Of a stretch of DNA of 64,000 nt, positions 10,448 to 19,583 are shown in pieces. This stretch comes from Candidatus Omnitrophota bacterium (lineage in GTDB: Bacteria; Omnitrophota; Gorgyraeia; Aquiviventales; Aquiviventaceae), in the NCBI GenBank assembly GCA_016206685.1, contig JACQRB010000023.1:29287-93286 (forward strand), read 5' to 3'. The notes beneath the pieces are model-generated. The model saw only the letters and a list, made by a program, of their open reading frames with translations. It did not search any database and was not told the DNA's origin. Numbering within the stretch: position 1 is the first letter of the stretch; every line of letters begins with the position of its first letter. Position numbers and translations under genes: made by a program.

Positions 10448-12415
10448 TCAGACCCACTCCGCGCTGAAGGCGTCTTGCCACAACGCTAAGTTGACCGCCC
10501 GCCACAGGACCCGTTGCTCGGGCGCGCGCCATGCATCCCGCTGCAACCAGCGCTGCACGACCTTGCGATCAACCACCCGCGCCATGAACGGGTTGGCACA
10601 CACCAGTTCCGTCAGTCGCGGACGATGCTCCCGAAACCACTCGTCGGTGAGGCGATGCCGCATCCCCTGCTTCTGCACGCGGCAGCGGATGGCCTCGGGC
10701 AGCAATCCCTGCATGCTGTTCCTCAGCGGCGCCTTGCGCAGGCCGCCCTCGATGAGGTTCACCCTCTCAGCGGCAAAGCCGTACTCCACCAGGCGGTGAT
10801 CCAGAAACGGCACGCGGGCTTCGACCGAGTGAGCCATGGCGTTGCGGTCGGCATGGTGGAGGAAATACGGCAGCCGCTCCACATAGATGTTCCGCAGCAT
10901 GGCGGCCCGCAGACTGATCCCTTCCCAGAACGTTTCTCGTTTTGGACGCCGCGCCCACTGATACTGATGGAGCATCTGGTCGGACACCATCCGGCGACCG
11001 TGGATCCGGCCGGATCGAGACAGCGCGCGCTCCATGGTATTGAGGATGCCGTCCGGAATGACCCGTTGAAACGACCGCGCCAACGGCGTGAACAGCTCCC
11101 AGGGTTGGCCGCGGTAGTAGCGGCGCCACAACTGGGCAAACTCCGAGCCGGCGGCACGCACCCGCCCACGGCGCAGTAGATGCAGCAAGTACGGCGCGTC
11201 GTAGTACGGATAGCCAAGTAGATACTCATCTGCCCCATGGCCTTCGAGGCAGGTCTTCACGTGCCGGCGTGAGTAGCGATGGATTTGCCATTGCCCGACG
11301 GCGCCTGACCACTCCTGGAACGGCTGGTCGTAGGCATAGGCCACACGCCGCAGTTCCTCCAACGGCAACGGCTCCAAGGGCACCCGGTGAGTAGTAAAGC
11401 CGTCCAGTGCAGCCAAATGGGCGGCATGCTGCACGTCCTCGGTGTCCTGGGGTGAGACTCCCACGAACGCGTCAACCGGCCGGGACATGAAGAGGCGAAG
11501 GGCCGAGGACACCGAGGAGGAGTCCACCCCTCCGCTCAGGCTCACCCCCAGCGGCACGTCAGCCACGCTCCGCAGGCGGACGGCGTCCAAGAACAACTCC
11601 CGAAACGTGCACCCATTGGTGGCGACGGGGCCTCGCTCGGCCAAGTGATAGAATCGCCGCATGGTCAGGGTGTGCGAGTCCAACGCGTAGGTCGCCACCG
11701 TTCCCGGCTCCAGCGCATGAATGTCCGCGAAGAAGGTATTGGGCAGATGGTTCGTCCGGCTGAAGACGAGGTAGTCCCACACGGCATCAGGGTTTGCAAG
11801 GGCTCGGACGCCGGGACAGCACAGCAGCGCTTTGGGCTCTGAGGCGACCGCGAACACCGTCGGAAGGTCCACGAAGTAGAGCGGCTTGATCCCGAACCGA
11901 TCCCGAGACAGAAATAGGGTCCGAGCCGGTTGATCGAAGATCACAAACGCCCATTCCCCGTTGAACCGCTGGACACACGCCTCGCCCCATTGTTGGTACG
12001 CCTTCAGGATGACTTCGGTGTCCGCATTGGAGCGAAACCGATGGCCCAGTATTTCCAGATCATGACGGAGCTCGCGCCAGTTGTAAATCTCGCCGTTAAA
12101 GACAATCCAATAACGCTGCGTCTCGTCGGACATCGGTTGGTGGCCGCGAGCGCTGACATCTACGATCGCCAAGCGGCGGTGGCCCAACATTACATCCGGG
12201 AGGGGCATCTGGGGATTCAACCGCGGCAACTGGGCGCGGATTTCTTCCACCGTGTCTTCTCCGGCATACGCCTGAATCCGATCACTCGATGAATCATAAA
12301 GGGCGTAACCTTCATCATCCGGACCTCGGTGCCGCAGGGCATTGGTCATGCTGAACAGCGTGGCTCCTTCAAGAGGACTGGAATCTTTGGCAACGAGCGC
12401 GATAACCCCGCACAT
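10448..12415 (-). CDS. asnB: Asparagine synthase (glutamine-hydrolysing)-like amidotransferase, glycan-modifying type
   Basis: MCGV N-terminus, HRGPDD, GHRRLAIVD, FNGEIYN, RDRFGIKPLY, LSGGVDSS, DRNAMAHSVEARVPFLD. Confidence 0.92.
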   Translation of the reverse strand: MCGVIALVAKDSSPLEGATLFSMTNALRHRGPDDEGYALYDSSSDRIQAYAGEDTVEEIRAQLPRLNPQMPLPDVMLGHRRLAIVDVSARGHQPMSDETQRYWIVFNGEIYNWRELRHDLEILGHRFRSNADTEVILKAYQQWGEACVQRFNGEWAFVIFDQPARTLFLSRDRFGIKPLYFVDLPTVFAVASEPKALLCCPGVRALANPDAVWDYLVFSRTNHLPNTFFADIHALEPGTVATYALDSHTLTMRRFYHLAERGPVATNGCTFRELFLDAVRLRSVADVPLGVSLSGGVDSSSVSSALRLFMSRPVDAFVGVSPQDTEDVQHAAHLAALDGFTTHRVPLEPLPLEELRRVAYAYDQPFQEWSGAVGQWQIHRYSRRHVKTCLEGHGADEYLLGYPYYDAPYLLHLLRRGRVRAAGSEFAQLWRRYYRGQPWELFTPLARSFQRVIPDGILNTMERALSRSGRIHGRRMVSDQMLHQYQWARRPKRETFWEGISLRAAMLRNIYVERLPYFLHHADRNAMAHSVEARVPFLDHRLVEYGFAAERVNLIEGGLRKAPLRNSMQGLLPEAIRCRVQKQGMRHRLTDEWFREHRPRLTELVCANPFMARVVDRKVVQRWLQRDAWRAPEQRVLWRAVNLALWQDAFSAEWV

Positions 12416-12418
12416 AGT

Positions 12419-14611
12419 TCAGACACCTACCCCGTCAGCCACGCTAACTGGCTGGAATCGTTCCTGACGGAGACTGAATCGCACGGTTTCCCACACCGCG
12501 CCACCAACCAGACGTGACTGTCGCATCTCTGGTTGAAACCCCAGTTTCTCCAGCGTCTTGATGCTCGGCAGATTGTCCACCACCGCCCCCGCGATAATCT
12601 GTCGAAGTTCCAACCGGGAGAACGCATACGCGCACAGCAGGCTCCAGGCCTCGGTGGCGTAACCCTTGCCCCAGCAATCCTTCTCGCCGATCATCAGTCC
12701 GGTGTCTGCCGTTCCGGTCTGCCGGTTGATGTTGTTCAGTGTCACATTCCCGATGTGGCGGCAGGTGGCGTTTTCCACAATGGCAAAGATTCGGTGGGTG
12801 GTACTCTCACGAAACCGTTCCAGATAGGCGCGGATATCATCGAGCGTCATTGGGCGCTTCCCCACCTCGAGATAGCGGGTCACCGTGGCGTCATTCAACC
12901 AACCCAGATAGCGCACGGTCACATCCGCCTCGGTCAATGGCCGCAGAGAAATCCGTGAGCCTATCAATGCGTGGGGTGACTGCTCTAATTCGCGCACAGG
13001 CATGACAGTAGATCGGTCCGCAGCCAGGCGAAGCGTCAGATGAAGCGAGTACTTTGCTTGAACCCGCTGAAACCCGTTGGCCTCATACAGCGTGAGCGCT
13101 GCAATGTTTGTGGCTTCGGTACCGACTTCAAGCTGAGCCAAACCCCGCTCGATCGCCCACCGTTTCGCGGTTCCAAGCAGGACCGTCCCGATGCCACGGC
13201 CGCGCCAGCCTCGGGCGACGGCCAACAGGCCGATTGAACCAATCTCGCAGCCAAGCGCCTCGCTCAGCGCGTCCTCGCGGCGCATCGTGACATACCCCAC
13301 AGGCCGCCCGGCGGCTCGCGCCACCCGCACGACATCAGCCGCACTGCCATTGAGACAGTTCGCGATCCACCGAAGGTGCAAACGCCTCGTGCCCTCGACG
13401 GGAAGGTTGGGATCAGCATGGAATCGGGTCCCGGCGGCGAACGCCTCGGCCGTGATGGTGTCCAGCATAGGAGCATCCTGCGGGCGGGCTGATGTCACGA
13501 GGACATCATCGTGCGCGGGCGCCACCGCGTGAACGGAGACCGCCCAACGCAGTCCGAGGAACGTCGTCATAACCTGAAATCCTCGCCGCTGCGCCTGCCG
13601 TCGATGGATGACGTCCTCCGTCGGCACACGATAATGAAGGTGCGAAATCCCGCGTCGTCGAGCTTCCGCGATCACCTCATCCAAGATTTCATCTGATGGG
13701 TCCGTGAACGCGACGAGTTCAGCCATCGGCCATCCGTAGATCTCGCTGTCAAACGACAAGAGGCGCAGGATGGCGGCGCCTTCCCCATCAGGCGAGCCCG
13801 TCAATACCAACGAGGAGCCGTCGCGCGCCAGCTTCAACTGCACGAGCCGCTCGGCAGCCTCCAGGCTCATCGCGGAATCACCGCCCCAGCCCGATTGTTC
13901 CAGCGGCGCCAGCACCTCCACCGCGCGCTGCACGGCCTCAAGCCGACGCACGATGTCCGACCCACGCCAGCGAAGGCATTCCGACTCATTCCCGGCGCAC
14001 AGCGCCCGAACCTTCGCCAAGTCTGCCGGCGTGTCGACTGTCACCGAGCAGGCAGCCGGCGGCGTCGGAGTCGGTGCCTTCCACGTGACGATCCGAAACT
14101 GTTGTGGATGTTCCTTCATGACCAGCGTCACGTGCTCGCGATGGGCGGGCGTTGTGGCGGCCTGCTCGGCTCGGCGCAGCGCGTCGAGCGTGGTGACTTC
14201 AGAGCCTGCGCCGTCAATAAGATCGCACGCCACCGCCAGATCGGCTCCGTGGGCGGCGCGCTCCTTCACCAACATGTCCAGCACTTCGGGGTCGGTCAGC
14301 GCGTTATCGGCCGTGACGCGAACGATCACCTCCGCGCGCACCTGCCGCGCGGCCTTGAGGTACCGGCCCAGGACGTCGTCCTCGCTGCCGACGACCGACG
14401 GCACCCCCAGGGTGCTAGCCAACTCGAGGATCGGCCGGTTCGCCGGCACATCGCCCGTCGCCACCACGATGCCGTCCAACGATCTTGCCTGGCGCAGACG
14501 TTCCACCAAAAACTGGAGGAGCGGCTTGCCGGCGATCGGCATGAGGACTTTGCCGGGCAGACGCCGCGACTGCATGCGGGCCTGGATGATAGCGACCGTC
14601 CGCATGGTCAT
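12419..14611 (-). CDS. Fusion protein: SpsF/PseF-like cytidylyltransferase + WecD-like GNAT + RimJ/PseH-like GNAT
   Basis: AIIQARMQSRRLPGKVL, GSEDDVLGRY, VRVTAD, REHVT, TVDTPAD; then LLAVARGWRGRGIG..VGTEATNIAALTLYEANGF; then ISLRPLTEADV..YLGWLND..IGEKDCWGKGYATEA. Start at the ATGA overlap at 14611. Confidence 0.85.
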   Translation of the reverse strand: MTMRTVAIIQARMQSRRLPGKVLMPIAGKPLLQFLVERLRQARSLDGIVVATGDVPANRPILELASTLGVPSVVGSEDDVLGRYLKAARQVRAEVIVRVTADNALTDPEVLDMLVKERAAHGADLAVACDLIDGAGSEVTTLDALRRAEQAATTPAHREHVTLVMKEHPQQFRIVTWKAPTPTPPAACSVTVDTPADLAKVRALCAGNESECLRWRGSDIVRRLEAVQRAVEVLAPLEQSGWGGDSAMSLEAAERLVQLKLARDGSSLVLTGSPDGEGAAILRLLSFDSEIYGWPMAELVAFTDPSDEILDEVIAEARRRGISHLHYRVPTEDVIHRRQAQRRGFQVMTTFLGLRWAVSVHAVAPAHDDVLVTSARPQDAPMLDTITAEAFAAGTRFHADPNLPVEGTRRLHLRWIANCLNGSAADVVRVARAAGRPVGYVTMRREDALSEALGCEIGSIGLLAVARGWRGRGIGTVLLGTAKRWAIERGLAQLEVGTEATNIAALTLYEANGFQRVQAKYSLHLTLRLAADRSTVMPVRELEQSPHALIGSRISLRPLTEADVTVRYLGWLNDATVTRYLEVGKRPMTLDDIRAYLERFRESTTHRIFAIVENATCRHIGNVTLNNINRQTGTADTGLMIGEKDCWGKGYATEAWSLLCAYAFSRLELRQIIAGAVVDNLPSIKTLEKLGFQPEMRQSRLVGGAVWETVRFSLRQERFQPVSVADGVGV

Positions 14612-15432
14612 CCCCGGGCTCCGAATGGCAGCCCCGTCCCTACGCGCTGCGCCAGCTCCCGATACGCCGCGACGAGACGTCCCGCGTCTCGATAGTATTC
14701 GATCGTCACGAACTCCACCGGCGCGCGCGCGCAGAGCCACTCGAGCAGCTCCCATTCCCGCGGCCCCGGTGGCTCGTGCAGGTCCTCCCAGATCCCGCTG
14801 AGCGGGCCGCACGCGCTGATCTGCACTTCGCGCACGCGATGGAGCGGCAAGGCCTCCAGGTACGCCTCGGGTGTCGTTCCCAGATTTTCGGCGGAAATCC
14901 TGGCGTGCGCCACATCCAGCAGCAGCTCCGCGTCGATCGCCTCCAGCACCCGGCCCATGAAGCCGGGGTCGCAGACCATGCCGTAGGCATCGCTGGGGGT
15001 TGGAAAATAGTTGAGGTTCTCTACGCGCAGCGTTCCCGGAAAACGCGCGCGCAACCACGCCGCGTGGCGGCGGGCCAAGGCGATGTACTCCGGCTCGCCC
15101 AGGCGAGGGCCGCGAAGGTGGTAGCGGGGATAGCCGTTGGGCGAGGCGACCGTCTCCACGTCGTGGACGGCCGGACCGAAGTCGCAGGCGACACTCTGGA
15201 CCGAACGGCGCGCCATCAAGCGCCACAGCCCGAGCTCCTCAAGCTGCGCGCCAAAGGCCTCATCAATGATGTTGACCGGGGTGTCCATGAACGCCGTGGC
15301 GTTCGGGAAGCACGGCTCCGGTCGGTACCGCTTATATGTGACCGCGGCAATCAGGGGCGCCAAGGCATCAGCCGCCGCCAACGCCGCGTCGCTGGAGGCG
15401 ACGCACAGTCGTGGAACGACGTCGCTTCTCAT
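14608..15432 (-). CDS. DUF692/MNIO-like TIM-barrel metalloprotein
   Basis: VENLNY, LLLDVAHARISA.NLG..PEAYL..LPL.RVREVQIS, DLHEP, TIEYY pattern typical of DUF692 proteins. ATGA overlaps on both sides. Confidence 0.7.
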   Translation of the reverse strand: MRSDVVPRLCVASSDAALAAADALAPLIAAVTYKRYRPEPCFPNATAFMDTPVNIIDEAFGAQLEELGLWRLMARRSVQSVACDFGPAVHDVETVASPNGYPRYHLRGPRLGEPEYIALARRHAAWLRARFPGTLRVENLNYFPTPSDAYGMVCDPGFMGRVLEAIDAELLLDVAHARISAENLGTTPEAYLEALPLHRVREVQISACGPLSGIWEDLHEPPGPREWELLEWLCARAPVEFVTIEYYRDAGRLVAAYRELAQRVGTGLPFGARG

Positions 15433-16466
15433 CCCCCCACGTGTCTCCACGTAACCGCCTCTTCGCTCTTCACGTCGCAGGCCAGACGTCGCCCTTTGAT
15501 CTGAGGCCACTCCCACGATGATAGGGCGCGTCTCGATCGTTCGGCCGCGCGAGCCGGGCGCTGGAACACTACACGCGCGCGCTGGAGCACCGTCCCGCTC
15601 GCCAGAGGCTCCGAGGCGACGATGATGCGGCGCGCCGTCGCGCGCACCGGTCGCTCCGCGGCGACCGGCGCCTTGCGGGAGCTGCCCAGCGCTTGCTCGA
15701 CACACCGCACGCCGTCAACCAGCGCCTTCAATTCGTGGGTATCCACGGAGAAGCGGTGGTCGTCGCCGGGCAACGCATGATCGAGCGTAAAATGCTTTTC
15801 GATAATCGAAGCTCCCAGCGCCACGGCCGCGCAGGGGACCGCGATGCCCATCGTGTGGTCCGAGAACCCAACCGGCACGCGCAGCGCCCGGCGGAGCGTC
15901 TCCATGGCTCGCAGGTGGACGTTGGCCGGCTGCGCGGGATACTGCGAGACGCACTGCAAGACGGCGATCTGGGAGACGCCGCCCTGGCGCAGCACCGCCA
16001 CCGCCCGGCGGATCTCGCCCATATCCGCCATTCCGCTGGAGAGGATCACCGGCTTCCGCATGGAGGCGACGTGAGCCAGCAAAGGCCGGTGGGTCACGTC
16101 ACACGAGGCGATCTTGTACGCGGGAACCCCCACGCGCTCCAAGAGATCGACACTGGGCTCATCCAGCGGCGTCGAAAACCAGACGATGCGCGCGTCACGC
16201 GCCGCGCTCGCGATCGCGCGATAGTCCTCGACGGAGAGCGCGGCGCGCCGGTACTCGGCATAATCCGCGCTCGAGCGTGGCAGGAGCTGGTCCACCCGGC
16301 ATGTTTGAAACTTGATCGCATCCGCGCCGGCCTTGGCTGCCTCCTGAACCAACCGGATCGCCAATCCCCGGCGCCCGAGATGATTAATCCCAGCTTCCGC
16401 GACGATAAAGACCGGTCGTCCTTCTCCGATGCGTCGTCTGTTGATGGTCATGACGGGAAGCGACAT
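15429..16466 (-). CDS. N-acetylneuraminate synthase family protein (NeuB/PseI/LegI/SpsE)
   Basis: FIVAEAGINH.G, GADAIKFQT, YKIAS, KPVILSSGM, CVSQYP, VGFSDHT, IIEKHFTLD, C-terminal antifreeze-like (SAF) domain. Confidence 0.93.
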   Translation of the reverse strand: MSLPVMTINRRRIGEGRPVFIVAEAGINHLGRRGLAIRLVQEAAKAGADAIKFQTCRVDQLLPRSSADYAEYRRAALSVEDYRAIASAARDARIVWFSTPLDEPSVDLLERVGVPAYKIASCDVTHRPLLAHVASMRKPVILSSGMADMGEIRRAVAVLRQGGVSQIAVLQCVSQYPAQPANVHLRAMETLRRALRVPVGFSDHTMGIAVPCAAVALGASIIEKHFTLDHALPGDDHRFSVDTHELKALVDGVRCVEQALGSSRKAPVAAERPVRATARRIIVASEPLASGTVLQRARVVFQRPARAAERSRRALSSWEWPQIKGRRLACDVKSEEAVTWRHVGG

Positions 16467-16467
16467 G

Positions 16468-17667
16468 TCACGCGCGGTATTTGGCGACCAGGCGTCGCAC
16501 GGCGGCAATGACGTCCCACACGTCCTCCTCGCTCATCTTCGGCGAAATCGGCAGCGACACGGTGCGTTCAAAGAGCGACTCGGCCACCGGAAAACTTCCC
16601 GGGGGATACCCCAACGCTTTCTGGTAGTACGAATGCAAATGGAGGGGGCGGAACAGCACGCTCGTGCCGATCTGTTCGGTCCGGAGCTCCTCGATGAACT
16701 GATCACGGCTGATTCGTAGCCGCTTCGGTTGCAGAAGGATGGAGTAAAGGTGCCAGGCCGACCGCACCTCCGGCTTGGCCTGCGGTCTGACAATCTCCTC
16801 CAAATCGGCAAACGCCTCCGTGTACATCGCCGCAAAGCGGGCGCGGCGCTGCAGGAACTGTTCCAGCTTCGCCAGTTGGTGCAGGCCCAACGCCGCCTGA
16901 ATATCCATCATGTTGTACTTGTAGCCAAGCTCCTGGATGTCATAAAACCAGGAGCCGCGCGGGGCGTAGCGACCCCAGATGCGCCGGGCATCGCTGATGC
17001 CGTACATGGACAATCGCCGCATCCGCTCCGCCATCTCCGGGTCATTCAGCATCGCCATGCCGCCTTCGCCGGTCGTCAGATTTTTGGTCGCATAGAAACT
17101 GAAGCAGGTGACGGGACCGAAGCTGCCGATCTTGCGCCCGTGGTACTCACTGCCGATGGCGTGGGCGGCATCCTCGATCACGGCGAGGCGATGGCGCTTG
17201 GCGATCGCGTAGATCGCGTCGAGATCGCAGGGATGTCCGGCGTAATGGACGATCACCAACGCCTTGGTGCGCGGCGTCACGGCGGCTCCCAGACGCGTCG
17301 GATCGATGTTGAATGTCTGCGCCTCGCTGTCGACGAAGACGGGACGGGCCCGTTGGTACATCACGACGTGGGCGGTGGAAGCAAACGTGTAGGTAGGCAA
17401 GATGACCTCATCCCCCTCGCCGATGTCATGCGCGACCATCGCCAGATGGAGCGCCGCGGTACAGGAGCTGACGGCCACCGCGCACCGGACCCCCACATAC
17501 TGGGCCACTTGCTCCTGAAACCGTTCCGTTTTCGGGCCGGTGGTGATCCACCCCGAATCCAGCGTGTCCAGGAGCTCCGCCTTTTCTTCCGGCCCGATGA
17601 GAGGCGGAGCGAATGGTTGGAACGTGGTGCGCCGCGGGCGGGTGTCAAGGGCGGCTACGTCAGGCAT
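16468..17667 (-). CDS. DegT/DnrJ/EryC1/StrS PLP aminotransferase (PseC/ArnB-like)
   Basis: SGWITTGPK, SSCTAALHL, IEDAAHAIG, FSFYATKNLTTGEGG, GYKYNM. Confidence 0.93.
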   Translation of the reverse strand: MPDVAALDTRPRRTTFQPFAPPLIGPEEKAELLDTLDSGWITTGPKTERFQEQVAQYVGVRCAVAVSSCTAALHLAMVAHDIGEGDEVILPTYTFASTAHVVMYQRARPVFVDSEAQTFNIDPTRLGAAVTPRTKALVIVHYAGHPCDLDAIYAIAKRHRLAVIEDAAHAIGSEYHGRKIGSFGPVTCFSFYATKNLTTGEGGMAMLNDPEMAERMRRLSMYGISDARRIWGRYAPRGSWFYDIQELGYKYNMMDIQAALGLHQLAKLEQFLQRRARFAAMYTEAFADLEEIVRPQAKPEVRSAWHLYSILLQPKRLRISRDQFIEELRTEQIGTSVLFRPLHLHSYYQKALGYPPGSFPVAESLFERTVSLPISPKMSEEDVWDVIAAVRRLVAKYRA

Positions 17668-18658
17668 TGCGGTACCTCGCTGCAAAAGGGTCTTCGATTT
17701 GCCGCATGAGAATCGCCTGATACATCTCCCGGACCCCATCCTCCACGGAGTAGGACACGCGATAGCCAAACATCCGGTGGATTTTGTCAAAGCTCACGTG
17801 GTAATCCCGCAGGTCGGGTGGAACGTCCGTCGTCTCAACCGTGATGCCCGGGAGGGTCCGCTTGACGATATCTCCGAGTTGATAGATCTGATAGTTTTGT
17901 TCGTTCGATCCGACGTTGAAAATGTGCCCTCGGACGAGATCGGCCGGTGCGCCAAGCGCCAGGATGTAGGCCCGGGCCGCATCCGCCACATGGACCAGCG
18001 GTCGCCACTGTTTGCCGCCGTAGACCGTGCAGGTCCCGCGCGTCGCCGCGTGCATCGTCAGGATGTTCACGATCAGGTCAAAGCGCATGCGCGGCGAGAG
18101 GCCGTAGATCGTCGCCATCCGTAGCACGCAGGGCGCAAACGGCTCGCTGGTCAGTGCCAGGATCTTGCGTTCTGCCTCAGCCTTCAGGCACGCGTAGAGC
18201 GAGATGGGCTTCAAGGACGCCTCTTCTGTCAGCACGCCCTCCTGAATGCCGTAGGCACTATCCGTGGAGGCAAAGAGGAAGCGTGGAATGCCCTGGGCTG
18301 CGCACGCTTCGGCAATGGCGACCGTCGCAACGTAATTGATCTCCCGCGTCTCCTGCGGGTCACGATCGCAGGCGGCGTCCCCGACCAGCGCGGCCAGGAG
18401 AATCACGGCGGCAACGCCCTGCAGCGCGTCCATGACGCGCTGCCGATCACGCATGTCCGCTTGAATCATCTCGAGATTCGGATAGGTCCGCAGGCCGGCC
18501 AGCGCCTCCTCGCCGAACAGCAAGCGATCAAAGACGCGCACGCGATAGCCAGCCTCCAGCAACTGGCCTGTCAGGACGGAGCCCAGATATCCCGCGCCGC
18601 CGAAGACCAGCACGGTGGGAGGGGCGGCGTCACGTGCGGTGTGCGACGGCGTGGTCAT
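17660..18658 (-). CDS. NAD-dependent epimerase/dehydratase
   Basis: GGAGYLGS, LAALVGD.AC, YACLK, LRMATIYGLSPRMRFDL, GGKQWRP. Confidence 0.88.
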   Translation of the reverse strand: MTTPSHTARDAAPPTVLVFGGAGYLGSVLTGQLLEAGYRVRVFDRLLFGEEALAGLRTYPNLEMIQADMRDRQRVMDALQGVAAVILLAALVGDAACDRDPQETREINYVATVAIAEACAAQGIPRFLFASTDSAYGIQEGVLTEEASLKPISLYACLKAEAERKILALTSEPFAPCVLRMATIYGLSPRMRFDLIVNILTMHAATRGTCTVYGGKQWRPLVHVADAARAYILALGAPADLVRGHIFNVGSNEQNYQIYQLGDIVKRTLPGITVETTDVPPDLRDYHVSFDKIHRMFGYRVSYSVEDGVREMYQAILMRQIEDPFAARYRNA

Positions 18659-19583
18659 CCACCTCATCCTGTTGTTGTCGAAACCACGCGATGGTCCGCA
18701 CCAGGCCATCAGCCAGCGACCAGCGAGGTGCCCAGCGCAACTCCCGCGCTGCCTTGGTCACGGCGGCCCGGGAATCATGGACATCGCCCTGACGTGGGGG
18801 CGCATACGTCATGTCGCTCGGGCTGCGGCTGAGGCTTAACACCTCGCGCGCGAGCTCGAGCACGGAGCGTGAGACGCCTGTCCCGATGTTGTAGACGCCC
18901 TGCCCGGCCTGCGCCGCCAGCAGGTTGGCATGCACCACGTCGTCCACGTACACGAAATCGCGCGTCTGCGTCCCGTCCCCGTAGATGATCAGGTGGTCGC
19001 CCCGTAGCGCCCGCGAGATAAACGCGGGGATGACGGCCGCGTAGTCCGAATCGGGCGATTGGCGTGGACCGAAGACATTAAAATACCGCAGCGCGACGTA
19101 GGGTAAGCCGTCAAGCTGGGCGTACATCTCCAGCAGATGTTCCCCACTGACTTTGGTCACGCCGTAGAGATTGGCCGGTCGCGGAGGTTCGCGCTCATCT
19201 TTGGAGCCTGCCGGCTCATCGGCATACACCGCCGAGGAGCTGGAAAACACGACTTTGCGCACACCATGGCGCGCAGCGCTGCGCAGCACATTGAACACCC
19301 CCACGGTGTTGACTTCCACACACCGGTGGGGCCGTTGGAAACTGTCTTCCATCGCGACGAACGCCGCCAGATGAAACACGACCTCTGCGCCCGCCATCGC
19401 CTCTTCCACCGCTGTGGCATCCGTCAGATCCGCTTCGATGAGCCGAGCCGACGCCGGCACATGCGCCCGCTGTCCTGTCTCAAAGTTATCGAGTACCGTC
19501 ACCACGACGCCTCGCTCGAGCAAAGCCGCCGCTACGTGACTGCCGATAAATCCGGCTCCACCGGTCACCAGCGCCGACTTCAT
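18630..19583 (-). CDS. NAD-dependent epimerase (UDP-glucose/GlcNAc 4-epimerase-like)
   Basis: LVTGGAGFIGSH, SSSSAVY, YGVTK, LRYFNVFGPRQ, GDGTQTRDFVYV. Confidence 0.9.
   Translation of the reverse strand: MKSALVTGGAGFIGSHVAAALLERGVVVTVLDNFETGQRAHVPASARLIEADLTDATAVEEAMAGAEVVFHLAAFVAMEDSFQRPHRCVEVNTVGVFNVLRSAARHGVRKVVFSSSSAVYADEPAGSKDEREPPRPANLYGVTKVSGEHLLEMYAQLDGLPYVALRYFNVFGPRQSPDSDYAAVIPAFISRALRGDHLIIYGDGTQTRDFVYVDDVVHANLLAAQAGQGVYNIGTGVSRSVLELAREVLSLSRSPSDMTYAPPRQGDVHDSRAAVTKAARELRWAPRWSLADGLVRTIAWFRQQQDEVDDHAVAHRT

Noticed and set aside
14612-15226. N-terminal extension of the 935-aa ORF 12419-15226
   Set aside because: The Arg/Gly/Ala-rich sequence overlaps the DUF692-like gene in another frame. 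The real start is the ATGA-coupled Met at 14611.
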